Assembly: GCA_051362555.1 (NCBI GenBank)
Contig: CM120648.1
Coordinates: 14,690,587 to 14,754,586, forward strand
Origin: Lingula anatina
Lineage: Eukaryota; Animalia; Brachiopoda
DNA: 64,000 bases
Direction: 5' to 3'
How positions within the stretch are numbered: position 1 is the first letter of the stretch; the number at the start of each line of letters is the position of its first letter. Of the stretch, positions 39,510 through 53,721 are shown in pieces. The notes beneath the pieces are model-generated. The model saw nothing but the letters and a program-made list of their open reading frames with translations, was not told the origin of the DNA and ran no database searches. The translations under genes were made by a program, and so were the position numbers.

Positions 39510-42043
39510 ATGGCGATGGCGGATGGTCGACAGATCCAGGATTTTGCTGGGGGTTAGGGGGAAGACAGGGAGGGAAGGGGGGCACTTTGAAGCTAGGACG
39601 GGGGGGGGGGGGGGGGGGGGGGAAGTCACATGTCCCCCAGCCCCCTCCTTTCCCCTCGTTCTGTCGCTGTAGAGGCAGGCCTAATACAGCTGGTATATTC
39701 ATCAGATAGCTAATGAGGTTTTTGTGATTGCTTAAAAATGACTTTTCCTTAATTACTGGATCAAACATTCAAAATTTCTTTTCCTTGACACAGTGACACT
39801 GGTTTAATCCAGGTTAAGTTCTGCTAATTAATGTGAATTTTACTGCTGTACTGCATTTACAACTACTTGTTCAGAGTTGGGTACTCAACGTATGTGTATA
39901 AACTGTACTGTATGTACTGTATCTGTTAGTCTGTGGAACAACTTTGGTTGAGAATGTGGCCATGAAGAGATAAAGACATTTTTAGACTGAGTTTTATATG
40001 TATTTCTCCCCTCTTCATACACTGGTATTCTTAAAGCAGTAATTGCATGTTGAGGTGTATCATATATGTCACTCAGTTAACACTCATATGGTATATGAAT
40101 ATATTTTACAGCCTTTGGAGGATTTCCTCTCAATGTACTGTAGACAAACTTGTAAAATATTAGATCCATTCCCAGAGATTAGATCGATCCAACTAGATCG
40201 GCCTAACTCCCTGGGGGTTGACGCTGAATAGCTGTCAGCCGAGCGGGTATGAAAGTTAATTACGCCCTTACAGCTTGTAGTAGGCAGGACGGCCATTTAA
40301 GCCAGATTATCTGACAGTAATCTAGTGAGACTCCCCACGGGGATAGATCGATCTAAAATCTATGGGAATGCGCCTTAAAATAAGATGCCCATAAGTTAGG
40401 GAATTGCATTGTGAATGATGTGAGGCATATTTTTCACTCTGTTTCTTTGTATCCCTACCAGCCTGTGCAGCAGTCACAAGGAATATTCAGACTGGTTCAA
40501 CAGGTGCATTACTTCATGTATCATATGCTATATTCCAGCTGGGGCAGTCAAGGAAGCCACACCGGCCCACGCCCACAGCCATGACCACTCACATGACCAC
40601 AGCCACACACATGACCATGGACACACACACGAGGCTATGGAGAACCCAGGGTCCTACACTGGCAGACCAAGGCCAATACTACGCAAGGATTTTAAGAAGG
40701 TTGTTATCAACATCTAACCTGCAGTAGAAGTGTTCATGTCAGATATCTAGGCTATGACAGTGGTGGTACTGTACCTGACTCCCACCTTAGCAAAGTTGAC
40801 ATAATATATTATCCTTTATGTTTTATATTGCAAACTATATTTTTCAATTTAAAACTGTAGTAATATGATATGATGTGAAGTGCATGTATTTTTGTTTGTT
40901 TTTTGTTTAATTGGGCTCTTACTTCAAATTGATTTATTATTAGTTAATAAAAATAAATTTCATTCCCTCTTTCACCACCACTTTTTATTGTTATGTAATT
41001 ATACTAACATGTCTGCTGTATATCCTGCCAGAGGGCATTCACTGTGGGTATTGGAGGTCCTGTGGGTTCAGGGAAGACGGCTCTAGTTCTGGCTCTCTGC
41101 AGACATCTACGGGACAGACATGGCGTGTGTGTAGTCACAAATGATATATTTACCAGGTATACACATTGAGCAGGACAGTTTTGTGTACATATTGATGTGG
41201 ATAAATCAAGTTTTTTATTTTATTTGATCCAGTCCAAGCTTACTATGATGTTTACATGTTGGCATAGACATTAATAAGAATAATGGGTGCATTTAGGTGC
41301 AGGTGAGAAAATAATGGGTACATTAAGGGAGGATAACATAACTTGCCTTCATCTTTGACAAAAAACAATGCTATTACCAGCCACAAATGACTGTAGAATG
41401 CGACTTGGCTTTCCTTGGATTGCGTTATAGATCTACTGTACAGGTAAATGGTATCTTAATTGACAGGGATTTATTGGTTGCCAGAGCAACCAGTGCAAAG
41501 TTTTCTGCAGTGGCTGCTGAAGGCCAGGGAGTGCTATTACACCATGCTGAACTCCAATTGTCAATTTAATAATTGTATATAAGTTGGGTACCAAATAAGG
41601 CTTAAAACAAGTTATGATTCATTTCCTAATGTGAAAAAGGTAGAAATTGCTCATTAAAGCTGTGGGGACAGAATCAGGCGTACATGAGATATTACCAACT
41701 CTGCATGTCTAGATCTCTCACCCATAGAGCTGTTAATAAATTCTTGCAATGATTTCCCAAGTTTAAACCATGTCATTTAATAACTGAAGATGAAAAAATA
41801 CAATTTCACAAAATATTGCTGTTTATTTTAAAGTTACAAACATTATTCATTAGTGAACAAAGAAGCAGAATGTAGATGAATTGATAAAATGACTTTTGTT
41901 TACTTTTGGAAATATTGACCAATAAGTTACCAGTATTTCTTTATATAGATTTTTAAAAAATTGCATGTTATGGCAAATTGGCAAATTTACATTTTTATGT
42001 ACAGACACAGATGTGTCTGTACATATAGCCATCATCTGCGTCT

Positions 42044-42084
<41 letters not shown>

Positions 42085-45000
42085 GCACTTTTACCGATAA
42101 CACGATAAGTGGAAAACCATTTTGCCTTTTGATTTGAAACTTGCAGAACTGATGAATATTCATAATACGCAGGTCAAGTTCGAAAATCAGCATGATCGGG
42201 TCACTCTTAGGGAAATTATGCTGTTTTTTCACTTTTTTCAACATATATGCAGCACCGATAACACGATAAGTGGAAAACCATTTTACCTTTTGACTTGAAA
42301 CTTACAGAACTGATGAATATTCATAATACGCAGGTCAAGTTCGAAAACCAGCATGATCGGGTCACTTTTAGGGAATTTATGCTGTTTTTTCACTTTTTTC
42401 AGCATATATGCAGCACCGATAACACGATAAGTGGAAAACCATTTTACCTTTTGACTTGAAACTTACAGAACTGATGAATATTCATAATACGCAGGTCAAG
42501 TTCGAAAATCAGCATGATTGGGCTATTTTGAGGGAATTTATGCTGTTTTTTCACTATTTTCAATATAAATGCAACACTGATAACACAATATAAGAAAAAC
42601 GGATTGGCCAATTGTAATTATACTCACAGGAGTGGTCAATCTTACTAAAACGCAGGTTGAGTTCGAAAATCAGCATAATCAGGCCATTATTTTAGAAGTT
42701 ATACTGTTTTTTTCACATTTCCTCAGATTCAATTCTTAAGCATGTTAACAGTCTCATTATTTAACTAATAAGATGCCTAAAAGTGTTTGTTTGATATTTC
42801 CTGCATCTTTACAACATTGTTAGTTGATTATGTAAAAAACATGGTAAACTTGTTATCATGTATTGTGTAATAAAGTGTCAGAAATAGAAATAAACTCATA
42901 TCATTGCAGTTTGTCAGATTCAATCATCCACTATGTTCAGAATCTCAGAATGGAGGAAATTGGACATTTAACACTGTTCTATTGGTACTTTTCCCATTTC
43001 ATCAATTTTTTTAGTTGGTCATATAAAAATGGCAGTAAAATGTTTATTTTGTTTTTATGTTAAAAAAGTGTTAAAAATGGAAATAAACCCATTTCAGAAC
43101 AGTGCTGTCTTGTTCAGCATATATGCAACACCGTAAACACGATAAGTGAAAAACTGTATTACATTTTGGCTTGAAACTTACAGTACTGATGAATATTCAT
43201 AATACGCCGGTTAAGTTCGAAAATCAGCATGATCGGGTAATTTTTAGGGAAGGTATGCTTTTTTTTCACTTTTTTCAGCATATATGCAACACCGTAAACA
43301 CGATAAGTGAAAAACTGTATTACATTTTGGTTTGAAACTTACAGAACTGATGAATTTTCATAATTCGCCGGTCAAGTTCGAAAATCAGCATGATCGGGTA
43401 ATTTTTAGGGAAGTTATGCTTTTTTATTTTCACTTTTTTCAGCATATATGCAACACCGTAAACACAATGTAAGAAAAACAGATTGGCCAATTGTCATTGT
43501 ACTCACAGGAGTGGTCAATCTTGCTAAAATGCAGGTTGAGTTCAAAAATCAGTATAATCGGGCCATTATTTTAGGAGTTATGCTGTTTTTTCACAATTCC
43601 ACAGATTCAATTCTTAGGCATGTTAACAGTCTCATAATTGAACTAATAAGAAATGTAAAAGTGTTTGTTTGATATTTCCTGCATCTTTACAACATTTTTA
43701 GCTGATTATGTAAAAATGATGGTAAACTTGTTATCGTGTATTGTGTAATAAAGTGTCAAAAATGGAAATAAACTCATATCATTGCAGTTTGTCAGATGCA
43801 TTCATCCACTATGTTCAGAATTTCAGAATGGAGGAAGTGGGACATTTAACACTGTTCTATTGATACTTTTCCCATCTCATCAATTTTCTTCATTGGTCAT
43901 ATAAAAATGGCAGTAAACTGTTTATTTTGTTTTATGTTAAAATAGTGTTAAAAATGGAAATAAACCCATTTCAGAACAGTGCTGTCTTGTTTACATTTTG
44001 GCATTTTCAATATGTGACTTAAAAGTTCCATGGGCCTGAAGACTTTTGCTAGTCACATTTTCTGAATAACCATGATACTAATATTTTATAATTAAAAATT
44101 GATGGTCATTATGCTGCAAAACATTATGTAATGTTGCATCAAAATTTGAAGAAACCCCCATTTTGGGCACTGCTCCCATGATGACCATTTAAGGAAAATC
44201 ATGTCAATTACTGTTCTCAAACTTACAGGAAAGAAACATGGGTCTAAAATACAGCTTCAGTAGACAATGCAGTCTGTTTGGTAAATTTTTCTGGCAATTA
44301 AACAGTTTTTTGTGAAAATTTAATTTTTTACTTATTGGCATTTCCAAGGTGTGACTTAGAACCTCCATGGGCTTGAAGACCCATGCTAGTCACATTTTCT
44401 TAAAATCCATGACAGGTATAATTTATTATGAAAAATGGATGGTCATTATGCTGTAAAACATTATGTAATATTGCATCAAAATTTGAAGAAACCCCTATTT
44501 TGGGCACTGCTCCCATGATGACCATTTAAGGAAAGTCATGTCACTTACTGTTCTCAAACTTACAGGAAAGAAACATGGGACTAAAATACAGCTTCAGTAG
44601 GCAATGCAGTCTGTTTGGTAAATTTTTCTGGTAGTTAAGTAGTTTTTTTGTGAAAATGTAATTTTTCACATATTGGCATTTTCAATGTATGACTTAGAAC
44701 CTCCACGGGCTTGAAGACCCATGCTTGTCACATTTTCTGAAAATTCATGACACTTATATTTTATTATTAAAAATCGATGGTCATTATGCCGTTAAGCGTT
44801 ATGTAATGTTGCATCAAAATAGAAGAAAACACAATTTTGGGTGCTGCTGCCTTGATGACCATTATGGGAAAACTGTGTTACTTATGACTGTCAAACTTTC
44901 AAAAAAGAAACACAGGACTAAAATGCAGCCTGAGTTGGAAAAGCAGTCTAATTGGCTTCTTTTTCTGGAAGCTATACATTTTAGTGTAATATTCATTATC

Positions 45001-45764
45001 TTTTTGGCATATTCATTGTGGGACTCAGAGCTCCCATGGACATGAAGCCGAATGGTTATCATATTTTCTACATGTCCATCCTATTTATAGTCAATAAACA
45101 AAAATTGGTGATAATTATTCTCTAATTTATTATGTAATGTTACATCAAAATTGACAACAATCTTTTTGCACTGCTACTGCAAACATTATGAAAAGAAAAC
45201 TGTGCTACTTATTATCATTTTTAACTTACAAGTACGATTTTTAGGATTGGCCTTCAGCTCATATGAGAAAACCAGCTCTATTGGATTATCATTTTTATTG
45301 AATTTATGCATTTTTTGTGAAATTTTCATTTTTCTCATTCTGGCACTTTCTAAGTATAAACTTGAACTCCGATGGGCCTGAAGCCTTATGCTTTTAATTT
45401 CGTCTGTGTTACCTGTTGTGCATAAGTTGATGTTGACTGTGCAGTTAAACATAATGTATTATTGCATCAGGATTGGTAGTCTCCTATTTTGGGCATTATG
45501 GTTTTGTGCTTTTCTTAAAGTGTGACTTATGGGCCGAAAGACCTTTGAGTGGTTTAGTCTGTAAATTACCCTTGGGTATCACTAGATTAATTTCAGAGTT
45601 ATAAAGTCATTTGCCTTAATAGGCCATTAAATGAGATTACATAAAGCACACTTGTTGATATTTCCCTGTAAACTCCCAAAGGTAAAGCTCTCTGCTAGAT
45701 TAATAATAAGGAAGCAGTGATAATTATGCAGGTAAATTTTGTTTAATATTGCAAATAAGTTTTA

Positions 45765-45810
<46 letters not shown>

Positions 45811-47977
45811 AACTGGAAGATTAAAAGTTTGAATAGCATCTTCATTGGAATTATATTTACCTCAAGCTCTGCCAAGGAGGTCATATTTTCACCCCCGTTT
45901 GTCTGTCATCCACATAACACAAAAAGTTATGGACTGATTTTGCAGAAATTTTCAGGAACTGTCGGAAGTGGGCCAAAGAGGACAATGATTAATTTTTGGT
46001 GGTGGTCTGGAACAATAATCAATCAATTATCAATAATAATCAACAATTGCTGACTTGGCAGTGGTCTGCACTCTCAAAGTGCTTTTCTAGCTTTGTTATG
46101 TTTTCCTTTATAATTTTTTCTCAAACACTTGCATTTGTGACTTTTAACTCTCATCTGCCTGGGGCTCTGCACATTTTCTGTGTTTCCACATAAGCAGTTG
46201 TATTGTTTTTTATGTCTTTAAACATTATGTAATATTATTTTATGCACTGTCATCATTTTTCAAATATTGAGAGTTTCATAGTGTGAATTTGAACTCTCAT
46301 GGTCCTGAAACTGTAATTTTATTGAAGGGGTGGACCATCTTCTGGGTCTTCCTGAAGACAGTCAGGTTATTAAGTTTATATTGACTGGTATCTATTTTTT
46401 TCTGTTGGAAGACCATCAAAATGGAGGATGGATCAACATAGATACTTTGTAATACTGTCAGAAAATATCTCTGGGTCCGCTCCTGTTATTGACCATGTTA
46501 CCTGTTGTGCAAGATTAAAATTCAGTGTTGACTGACAATGCTATTATAAGCATTATTTATTATTGCATCAAAATTGACAAAATGACCTATTTTGCATCTT
46601 TATTTTCTGTTTTTTGTCTGTACATTTGACAGCTTTGCTGCCTTGTTTTTATGAATGTGGTCTCTGAATTAAAACAGGACTGTGTATATTGGTATGAATT
46701 CACATGCAAATATTTCATTTTAGAGAAGACTGGGAGTTTTTGGTCCGTAACAAAGCATTACCAGAGGAGAGAATGCGAGCTGTGGAGACAGGAGGCTGTC
46801 CCCATGCTGCCATCAGAGAGGTAATGTTGAAGAGAGGGGGGGGGGGGAGAAAGAGGGGAGGAGGGCGAGGGGGGAGAGAGAGAGGGGAGAGGGGAAGTAT
46901 ATCTTCAGCCCTTATGTCATTTTTAGTTTATTTCATTTCTATCCACAGTGTACTTATAAATGAAGTTTTCATTTATTTTCCCTAATATTAAGGATTACTC
47001 TCTGAACCTGGAAGAAGTGATAGATCTTACCAAGCAGTTCAGCCCAGAGCTGGTCATTATAGAGTCTGGTGGGGATAATTTAGCCGCTAACTTCAGCCGA
47101 GAGCTGGCTGATTACATCATATACGTCATAGATGTTGCAGGTATGTATTAGGCATTGTGTGACCTGAAAATGTGCTGGAATTTGCATGAGATATGGTTGA
47201 TTTTTTAGCAATAAGTGCGAAACTGTATATGGAGGCAATGCTGTCTTAGAAACCTATACAAAAGTGATCGATCCAGCTTGTATGACGGGTTTATGGGAAC
47301 ACTCCCAAGTTGCAAGACTTTGGGCTATCTCAGATGATTCACACTGGTGCCATCTACATGTATCTTTAAGAATCAGATCCAAATGGACAGAATAACAAAG
47401 TATACAGTAGAAAACTGTATGTGTATGAATGTAGTTTAAACATTTGAAAAGTACAGAAAAAAGAGAATTCTGACAATTTGGTGACTTCATCAACTCCATA
47501 TTTCCAAAGGTGGTTGATGACATGGTGGACTATCATTTCTTTCTGTTTCAGGAGGAGATAAGATCCCGAGGAAGGGAGGTCCAGGCATCACTGAGAGTGA
47601 TCTCCTGGTCATTAACAAAACTGACCTGGCCGAAGCTGTTGGGGCTGACCTGAAGGTAAACAATTGGGATTAAATCTTATCTTGTATGGAAGAAATTTGG
47701 CAACACATTAAAAAAAAAATATTGTATGAAGATTAAAATAAACAGGCACTGTATACAGTGTAGTTATGTTTATTAGGTGTTACTTTCACTTTTGCTTTCT
47801 CTCTTTTTTGTGAGTTTGATGGGGGTTTCATTATATTTTCACCAGGTGATGGAGAGAGATGCGTCCATGATGAGACAGACAGGTCCAACTCTTTTTACTC
47901 AGGCTAAACACCTGGTTGGTGTTCCTGAAGTGGCAGAACATATCATGACTGCACTGAGAGAGACCGCAGCTAGCTGA
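39510..47977 (+). CDS. ureG: Urease accessory GTPase UreG with His-rich N-terminal extension, 7 coding exons, ~269 aa
   Basis: Exons 39510-39552, 40539-40699, 41032-41156, 46724-46820, 46993-47140, 47552-47655, 47846-47977 (810 nt; an in-frame ATG also at 39501). P-loop [22 protein letters not shown], metal-binding [38 protein letters not shown]; N-terminal [21 protein letters not shown]. Confidence 0.96.
40166..40370. mobile_element. MITE family A, copy 3 (ureG intron 1)
   Basis: CATTCCCAGAGATTAGATCGATC ... GATCGATCTAAAATCTATGGGAATG with the shared core. Confidence 0.72.
42020..45420 (+). repeat. Helentron-associated (HINE/DINE-like) element with hierarchical tandem arrays in ureG intron 3
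   Basis: (GTCGTCGCC)n head; ~161-bp units at 42093, 42255, 42416, 42575 and again from ~43130; a ~0.9-kb higher-order duplication; then ~335-bp units from ~43995. Confidence 0.65.
45856..46090 (+). mobile_element. Short Helentron-associated element; related inverted copy at 59814-60101
   Basis: Sub-TIRs CTCTGCCAAG / CTTGGCAGTGG and 3' hairpin GCACTCTCAAAGTGC-TTTTCTAG. The 59814 copy starts CTAGAAAAGCGCTCAGAGAGCGCAGACCTTCGCCAAG and shares the internal TGGCCCACTTC(T/C)GACAGTTCCTGAAA. Confidence 0.62.
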
Positions 47978-48092
47978 TACTGTGAACAGGCACTGCAGGC
48001 TGAGAGCACACAGCCTTTGTATGCTGGGGCTGAACGTTAGAGTTCTGCCTGTGAAACTGGTGCACACATGCATGCATGTACATGCACGCACG

Positions 48093-48126
<34 letters not shown>

Positions 48127-48605
48127 CCATTTGCCAACAAATCCTTTTACCTTATCTTCCTTTTCAGCATCTTGTTGACATTCTCTATTTTTAGTTTTAC
48201 TCTGAAAATATTGTGATAACTGTTCTGCATTTTCAGTCAATTGCCCATCATGATAGTTTTATATTCCAAATATGATGTGTTATTGAAATTCAGCATTCAG
48301 TTAGCATTGAACATAAACGGCAAGTCTAGGTCATTTATCAAGAGTTTCTGTGCACTGCTACTGTACATTTATAAGCAGTCATCATTCTAGTTTCTGTATT
48401 AAAGATAAGTTTACTATATAAATAAGTAAAGTGTAAATTTGTCTGTTTCCAGGCACATCCCAATCCTAACAACAAACTCCACAATCTACTCTTACACTTT
48501 GTCTTTGCTCTGTCTTTATAACCAGTAGATTAATCCAGGCACCGGTCCTGCAATATCTTAACATATTATTAAAAATTGGGGTTTGTGTAAGAGATGAACC
48601 ACTGT

Positions 48606-48764
48606 CAGGGGCGGATCCAGAGCTATTTACTGACAGTCTTCCAAATTATCTTTGTTGATTCATCCTCCAATTTTGACCGTCTTCCAACAGAAAAAATTAG
48701 ATACCCGTCAATGTAAACTTGAAAATCTGACCGTCTTCCAGAAGACGGCCTAAATCCGCCCCTG
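48606..48764. mobile_element. hAT-like MITE; related element at ~57311-57522
   Basis: TIR CAGGGGCGGAT / ATCCGCCCCTG, flanked on both sides by ACTGT. Confidence 0.6.
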
Positions 48765-50899
48765 ACTGTTGTAGTATGTTTTGATGCAAACTTGATGGTT
48801 ATTAAGATATAAACCATCTATTATTAAAAATAGAGGAAGTTCTACATGTTCCTGATTGCCCAGAATACCAGTCTGCTAATAGAAATCTCAACTGTTGGTG
48901 TTTTCAACCTCTGCTGAGAGATAGAAGATCAAGCTGAAGTCAAGAGTAGAGCATTTTATTTATATAACATGAGCAGAGAAATCTGTAATTAATTCAAAGG
49001 TAACTTTCAAAAAAGATTCAAAGCCTTAACCATTCTTGTTGGTTTTAGTGATTGTAAAAAATGGAAATGCGTTATGTGCTAATTGTGAATTGAAATGTTT
49101 AAATCTGAAAGCCACCAGAACATCTGAACTGTAATAAAAGTATAATGTTAACACTGACTTTGTTGCTGTCTGACTTGTACAATGTACATGTATATGTACA
49201 TGTATTACCATTCAAATGGAACTTATGCCCAACAAAGAAAGGTATACCTACTTTCTTGACCCAAATGAGAAATACTATAAATTATATTGTTATATTTCTA
49301 TACATAAAATCTAAGTGACATCCAAAAATTGAATATGTACATTTTGTAGCATTTGCAGGTACTGGGATCTGTGAATCCCATGCCCACTGTCACATGCTTT
49401 TGTTAAGAATCAAACATACTGGTCTTTCTTTTTGGCTGACATGCAGGTCAAGATTCATGGAGTTTGGGAAAGATGAATTGACCGTCTTAAAATTTCAACA
49501 ATGTCCATGTAACATCAGGATGAAGTCCAGGTTAACTTACATTCAAGCAAAGTTTGACCAACTTACTTTCACTGCATTAAACAGGTTAACCCTTGATTAG
49601 TTTGACTGTGAAAGATGTGACTCTCCAAATGTTTAATTGAAAAACAGAAAATTTTTCTAAGTCTACGTAACCAATTTTATTGTTTACATGCTCTTGAAAC
49701 ATTTTTTAGATTATTTTTCATTCATTATTTAATATCATCAATTGATTTATTATTATTGATGTGGCAGTCTGTATAATTTTATGTGCCTTAGTAAAATATT
49801 ATGGGTAGGGTGAAAGAAACCTTTTCTTTTTATCTGGAAATATGATGGTGTTCTACAAAGCAAGGTGTGTATGGGGGGGGGGGGTCAGTATAAATATTTG
49901 GTAAACTCTTCTTACTGCCTACTGGGGTCAGCTGAACAACGACTTCATTTCTGTGCAAATATTCCTCTGGTTCAAAAATATACAGGGAATTAATTAGGCA
50001 GAGAACTATCAGAATATGTAGTAACAGCCATCTCTGTGGTCCTGGTGTAGGGTACACGTCAATGTGGTTAAGGGGATTGTGGGGGGGGGGGGGCGATGGA
50101 ATGTAATGGTTGAACCTCTGGCATTCTCAACAATTCCCTGTTATTTTCAGACCGCCATTCACAGCTCAATATGTTCCTGCGATGACTTTTAATTAAAAGA
50201 CCTCTCTTTGATTTGTTTGCGCCAGTTTCCTGCGTTTTCATTTCGCTGATAATACATTTTGGAGTGGTTTATAAAGATAATTTAAGCTTTTGGAAGATAA
50301 CTGCAGATTATCGATAAAGAAGATGGGACGATTTGACATAAAACCCAGGTGCAGCCTTTCAAATACATCATGGGGCCAAACGACTTCACCTGGAGTAGAC
50401 AGTCCTGTAGTTTACGTTTACATTTTAGTCTCGTATATCAAGCGTATTCTAAATGCCCGAACGCTCTCTCGTGACAAAGTATGCGATGTTTGTACACTAA
50501 AATAAGACAAGGTCATGCTCTTGGTTAACTAAATATTCTGTCCGCGTTTGAAAACGTCCCAAAGTAATGCCAGTACTTATGTCTACACATTCTGCAAGGC
50601 TTCTTATCTTTCCCCAATCGATATTTTCTTTTGAAATGTACAGGAAGAATGGCGGTATAAAATGACTGGACGGGTATTGAGAACTGAATTAGAAATGGTA
50701 TAAAACATAAAGTCACTCCACGCTATATGCAACCATACTCTGGAACAGTTAACCCGCTGAAATTAGAGTGTCAAAGAAATTTAAAGATATTTTAAAGATA
50801 TTTTAACAGCACATTATTAATTACCAAGCAGTTCTTATTCTTTTAGATCCTAGCATACTTAACTGACAATATTCAACTCTTATACTGAACAGATTATTA

Positions 50900-51101
50900 A
50901 GATTATTAATAAGCTATATATCTGTATTGTGTAACTAAATTTTAATTTGCCATTTTTAGCTCTCAACTTTGTCATTTTAATTGTAATATTTTGCTCTTTT
51001 AAATTGTAATATTTAGCTTTTTTTAATTTAAGATAACTGTAAGGCGCATTGAGACTTTTTAATGGAATGCGCCATATAAGAAGAAATTATTATTATCATT
51101 A
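50900..51101 (+). mobile_element. CR1/L2-type LINE or SINE 3' tail
   Basis: TGTAAGGCGCATTGAG...AATGCGCCATATAAG stem-loop followed by an (ATT)n tail. Confidence 0.5.
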
Positions 51102-53721
51102 AATCTCAGCGTTCACGAGTAGTCAATGGTGGATCCTTAGAGGATCATAATTTATTTGTATATAAGCAAGCAAACTTTGCCTCTTTTATTTTAGTTGAAA
51201 GCATTATAGTAGACGTTAATAATGTACTTAGCAGCAGTGCTTGCTGTCTTGAAAAATGTCGAATAGTTTACAATGTGACAAGATAACGTATTTAACATCC
51301 ACCGAACGTTCATGAGAAGACATGAGATAAGCGGGATACAATGTAAGAAATGTGCGCTCTATATACAGGAGTCGTGTAAAGGCAGTGTGTACCTACCCTC
51401 TACCAGGGCGACAGATTGATTTTTCACAGATATTCACAGATAGGTCTCTAGATAAATAGACAGTCAATTTGGTCTGATGTCAAAAAAATGTCCACAATAA
51501 TAACTGAGAGCCTGGTAGAGGGCAGTGTGTACCCATTGGCTGACAGAACGTGTTGACGCTTACTGCACCTGGATAGCCTTCTTCTGATGAGGGGGGTTTA
51601 TATATAATATATACAATATATAATATATACAATATACAATATATACAATATATAATATATACAATATATGATATACAATGATCGGTCAGCTCGATATTCA
51701 TTAAAGACCTACTACCTTGATAAGTATATTCTCATGTTTCTCCGGCTCCGCCACTCCTTTCATATATTTCGTTTTTGTGGCGTTTATTTGCACAGTCATG
51801 TACACAGATGTATATCAAAACTATAATTAGCATTCCATGGTGGATATTGTAAACTGCAATCAGATGGACCCTAGTTTTCCCCTAAAGAAAATAAACTTTG
51901 TATTACCAATTTGTTTTTTCTAACTTAAAATGATCGCTTTACTTAAATGCATTATTTTCATTAAAAGGTTACTTACTTACCTCGCATATGACACATCTAT
52001 TGCATCTTCACTGGGACCTCAACCAGACTGACTGGAAAAGATAGATAATCAAACCTTTAACCATCTGTTTACTGATCCAATATCGTTTGCTTTAATGTTG
52101 AAATGCATTCGTTAGAAACAATCTAAGTAATCAACAGAACAAATTCTTACAATATCACTTCATCAACTGAGGAAGGCTGTAAGTTATTTTAAAGAGAACA
52201 CGGCTGGGTATTCCTTGGATGTTCAAGCAGGCACGAGCAGATATTTATTATTTTAATAACCTTGTTTGATTTTCATTATTAATTTCTTTGAATTTCATAA
52301 CTATGAAAAAAGAGTACCATGTAACAGTGGTAACTGCACTTGAGGCCACTGCATGCGATGCATTTTTTTCTTTGGGAACTCACGTCAGAGACGTTGTCTA
52401 GGGTCGATCAAGGAAAGATCGAAAGAAGCCGAAATAGTTGAAGCTAGTTATTTGTAAAATGATATTGATATATCAGACCTCAATACTTTTATCCAGTTAT
52501 ATTTTTCACTCTCAAAGATTCAGGCCGTCAATCTTATACGCAAGAATATTTTCCGATTACAAATTATTTTTGCAGGACAGTGTTATGGCGGACTCAAGCA
52601 ATAGACCGCAGTGTGTTAGGAGAGAGCGAGACGACACATTCCATTCGCAGGGAAGGGGGGGGGGCAGGATGTGTGTAATCATTTTCGCTAAAAGTGGTCC
52701 GATAAAGCTGATATTCGCAACTGGATTGCATTTTAATGCTTCAGAAGTGTAACTTGACACTTTTTTTGTTTATTTCCCGTATGCTTTTTTTTAATGTAAA
52801 TAATGAACTTTGAAATTTCCCATGTTGGTGACGGGATGGGAAAGGAGGGGTCATATGTAATGATGGTGTTTCTACTTGGTATTTCCTCTCATCTAACATT
52901 AATTTTGACTAAAGAGAGAAACAGGGGAATTAACGGGGGATTTTCTACAAATTTATAGCGTACAAGATGACGCATGGGTTTTAGTGCTTTAACTACCCTA
53001 TTTATTCATCATTATATCTAACACTGATGACTGGTCAATAAAACAACATGTTGGACATGGAGGGAATTCCAACATTCCAAAACGCACATGACCTCCTGAT
53101 AAAATTGCTTTTGTGGTTATTATTAATGCGCATCATTTTAAACAAATATAAACAGAGGGGCACATTTAACAACACGTATAAATTTTCACGCCATCTCCCA
53201 TATGACGTTATATAACAGAACAACCATATTCAAGTCATATCATTTTACACCACTGACAGAAATGAGTCCGCTATTTGATTTAGATTGTTGTTTTCAGTAT
53301 TTTTCAGTATTTTTCCTTTCCTCTAATATCATCGTTTTATCTGTACATTGCCTTAATCCATTTGTTTTCAATACCTCGTTTATTTTATTTTGTTCTGTTT
53401 TTTTAACAATCCCAAACTTTGCTTCGAATTATATTTATTTGTATTACCTATACTTCCAAGCAATGTGAATTCTACTTTTTCCACCCCTTCATTCAAAACC
53501 ACTGCAATTCACTGCGATGTTAAACCTAACAGCATCCTAATAAACAGCTGCCAGTGAACTTATTATATAATGGCATTTAAAACTAATTACAACTTTACGT
53601 ACCGTGAATCAAATCCATACAGTGCACTTCAATCCAGTTATCTGTCAAGTGCTAGGGTTTCTTTTTATTTCTTAGTAAAATAAAGGATTTTTTTTCTTTT
53701 TGTGATTGTATATGATTGGAT

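Noticed and set aside
40462-40503. Possible 42-nt in-frame extra ureG exon
   Set aside because: It would leave a 35-nt intron before 40539, implausibly short; it looks like a decayed duplicate of the real acceptor region.
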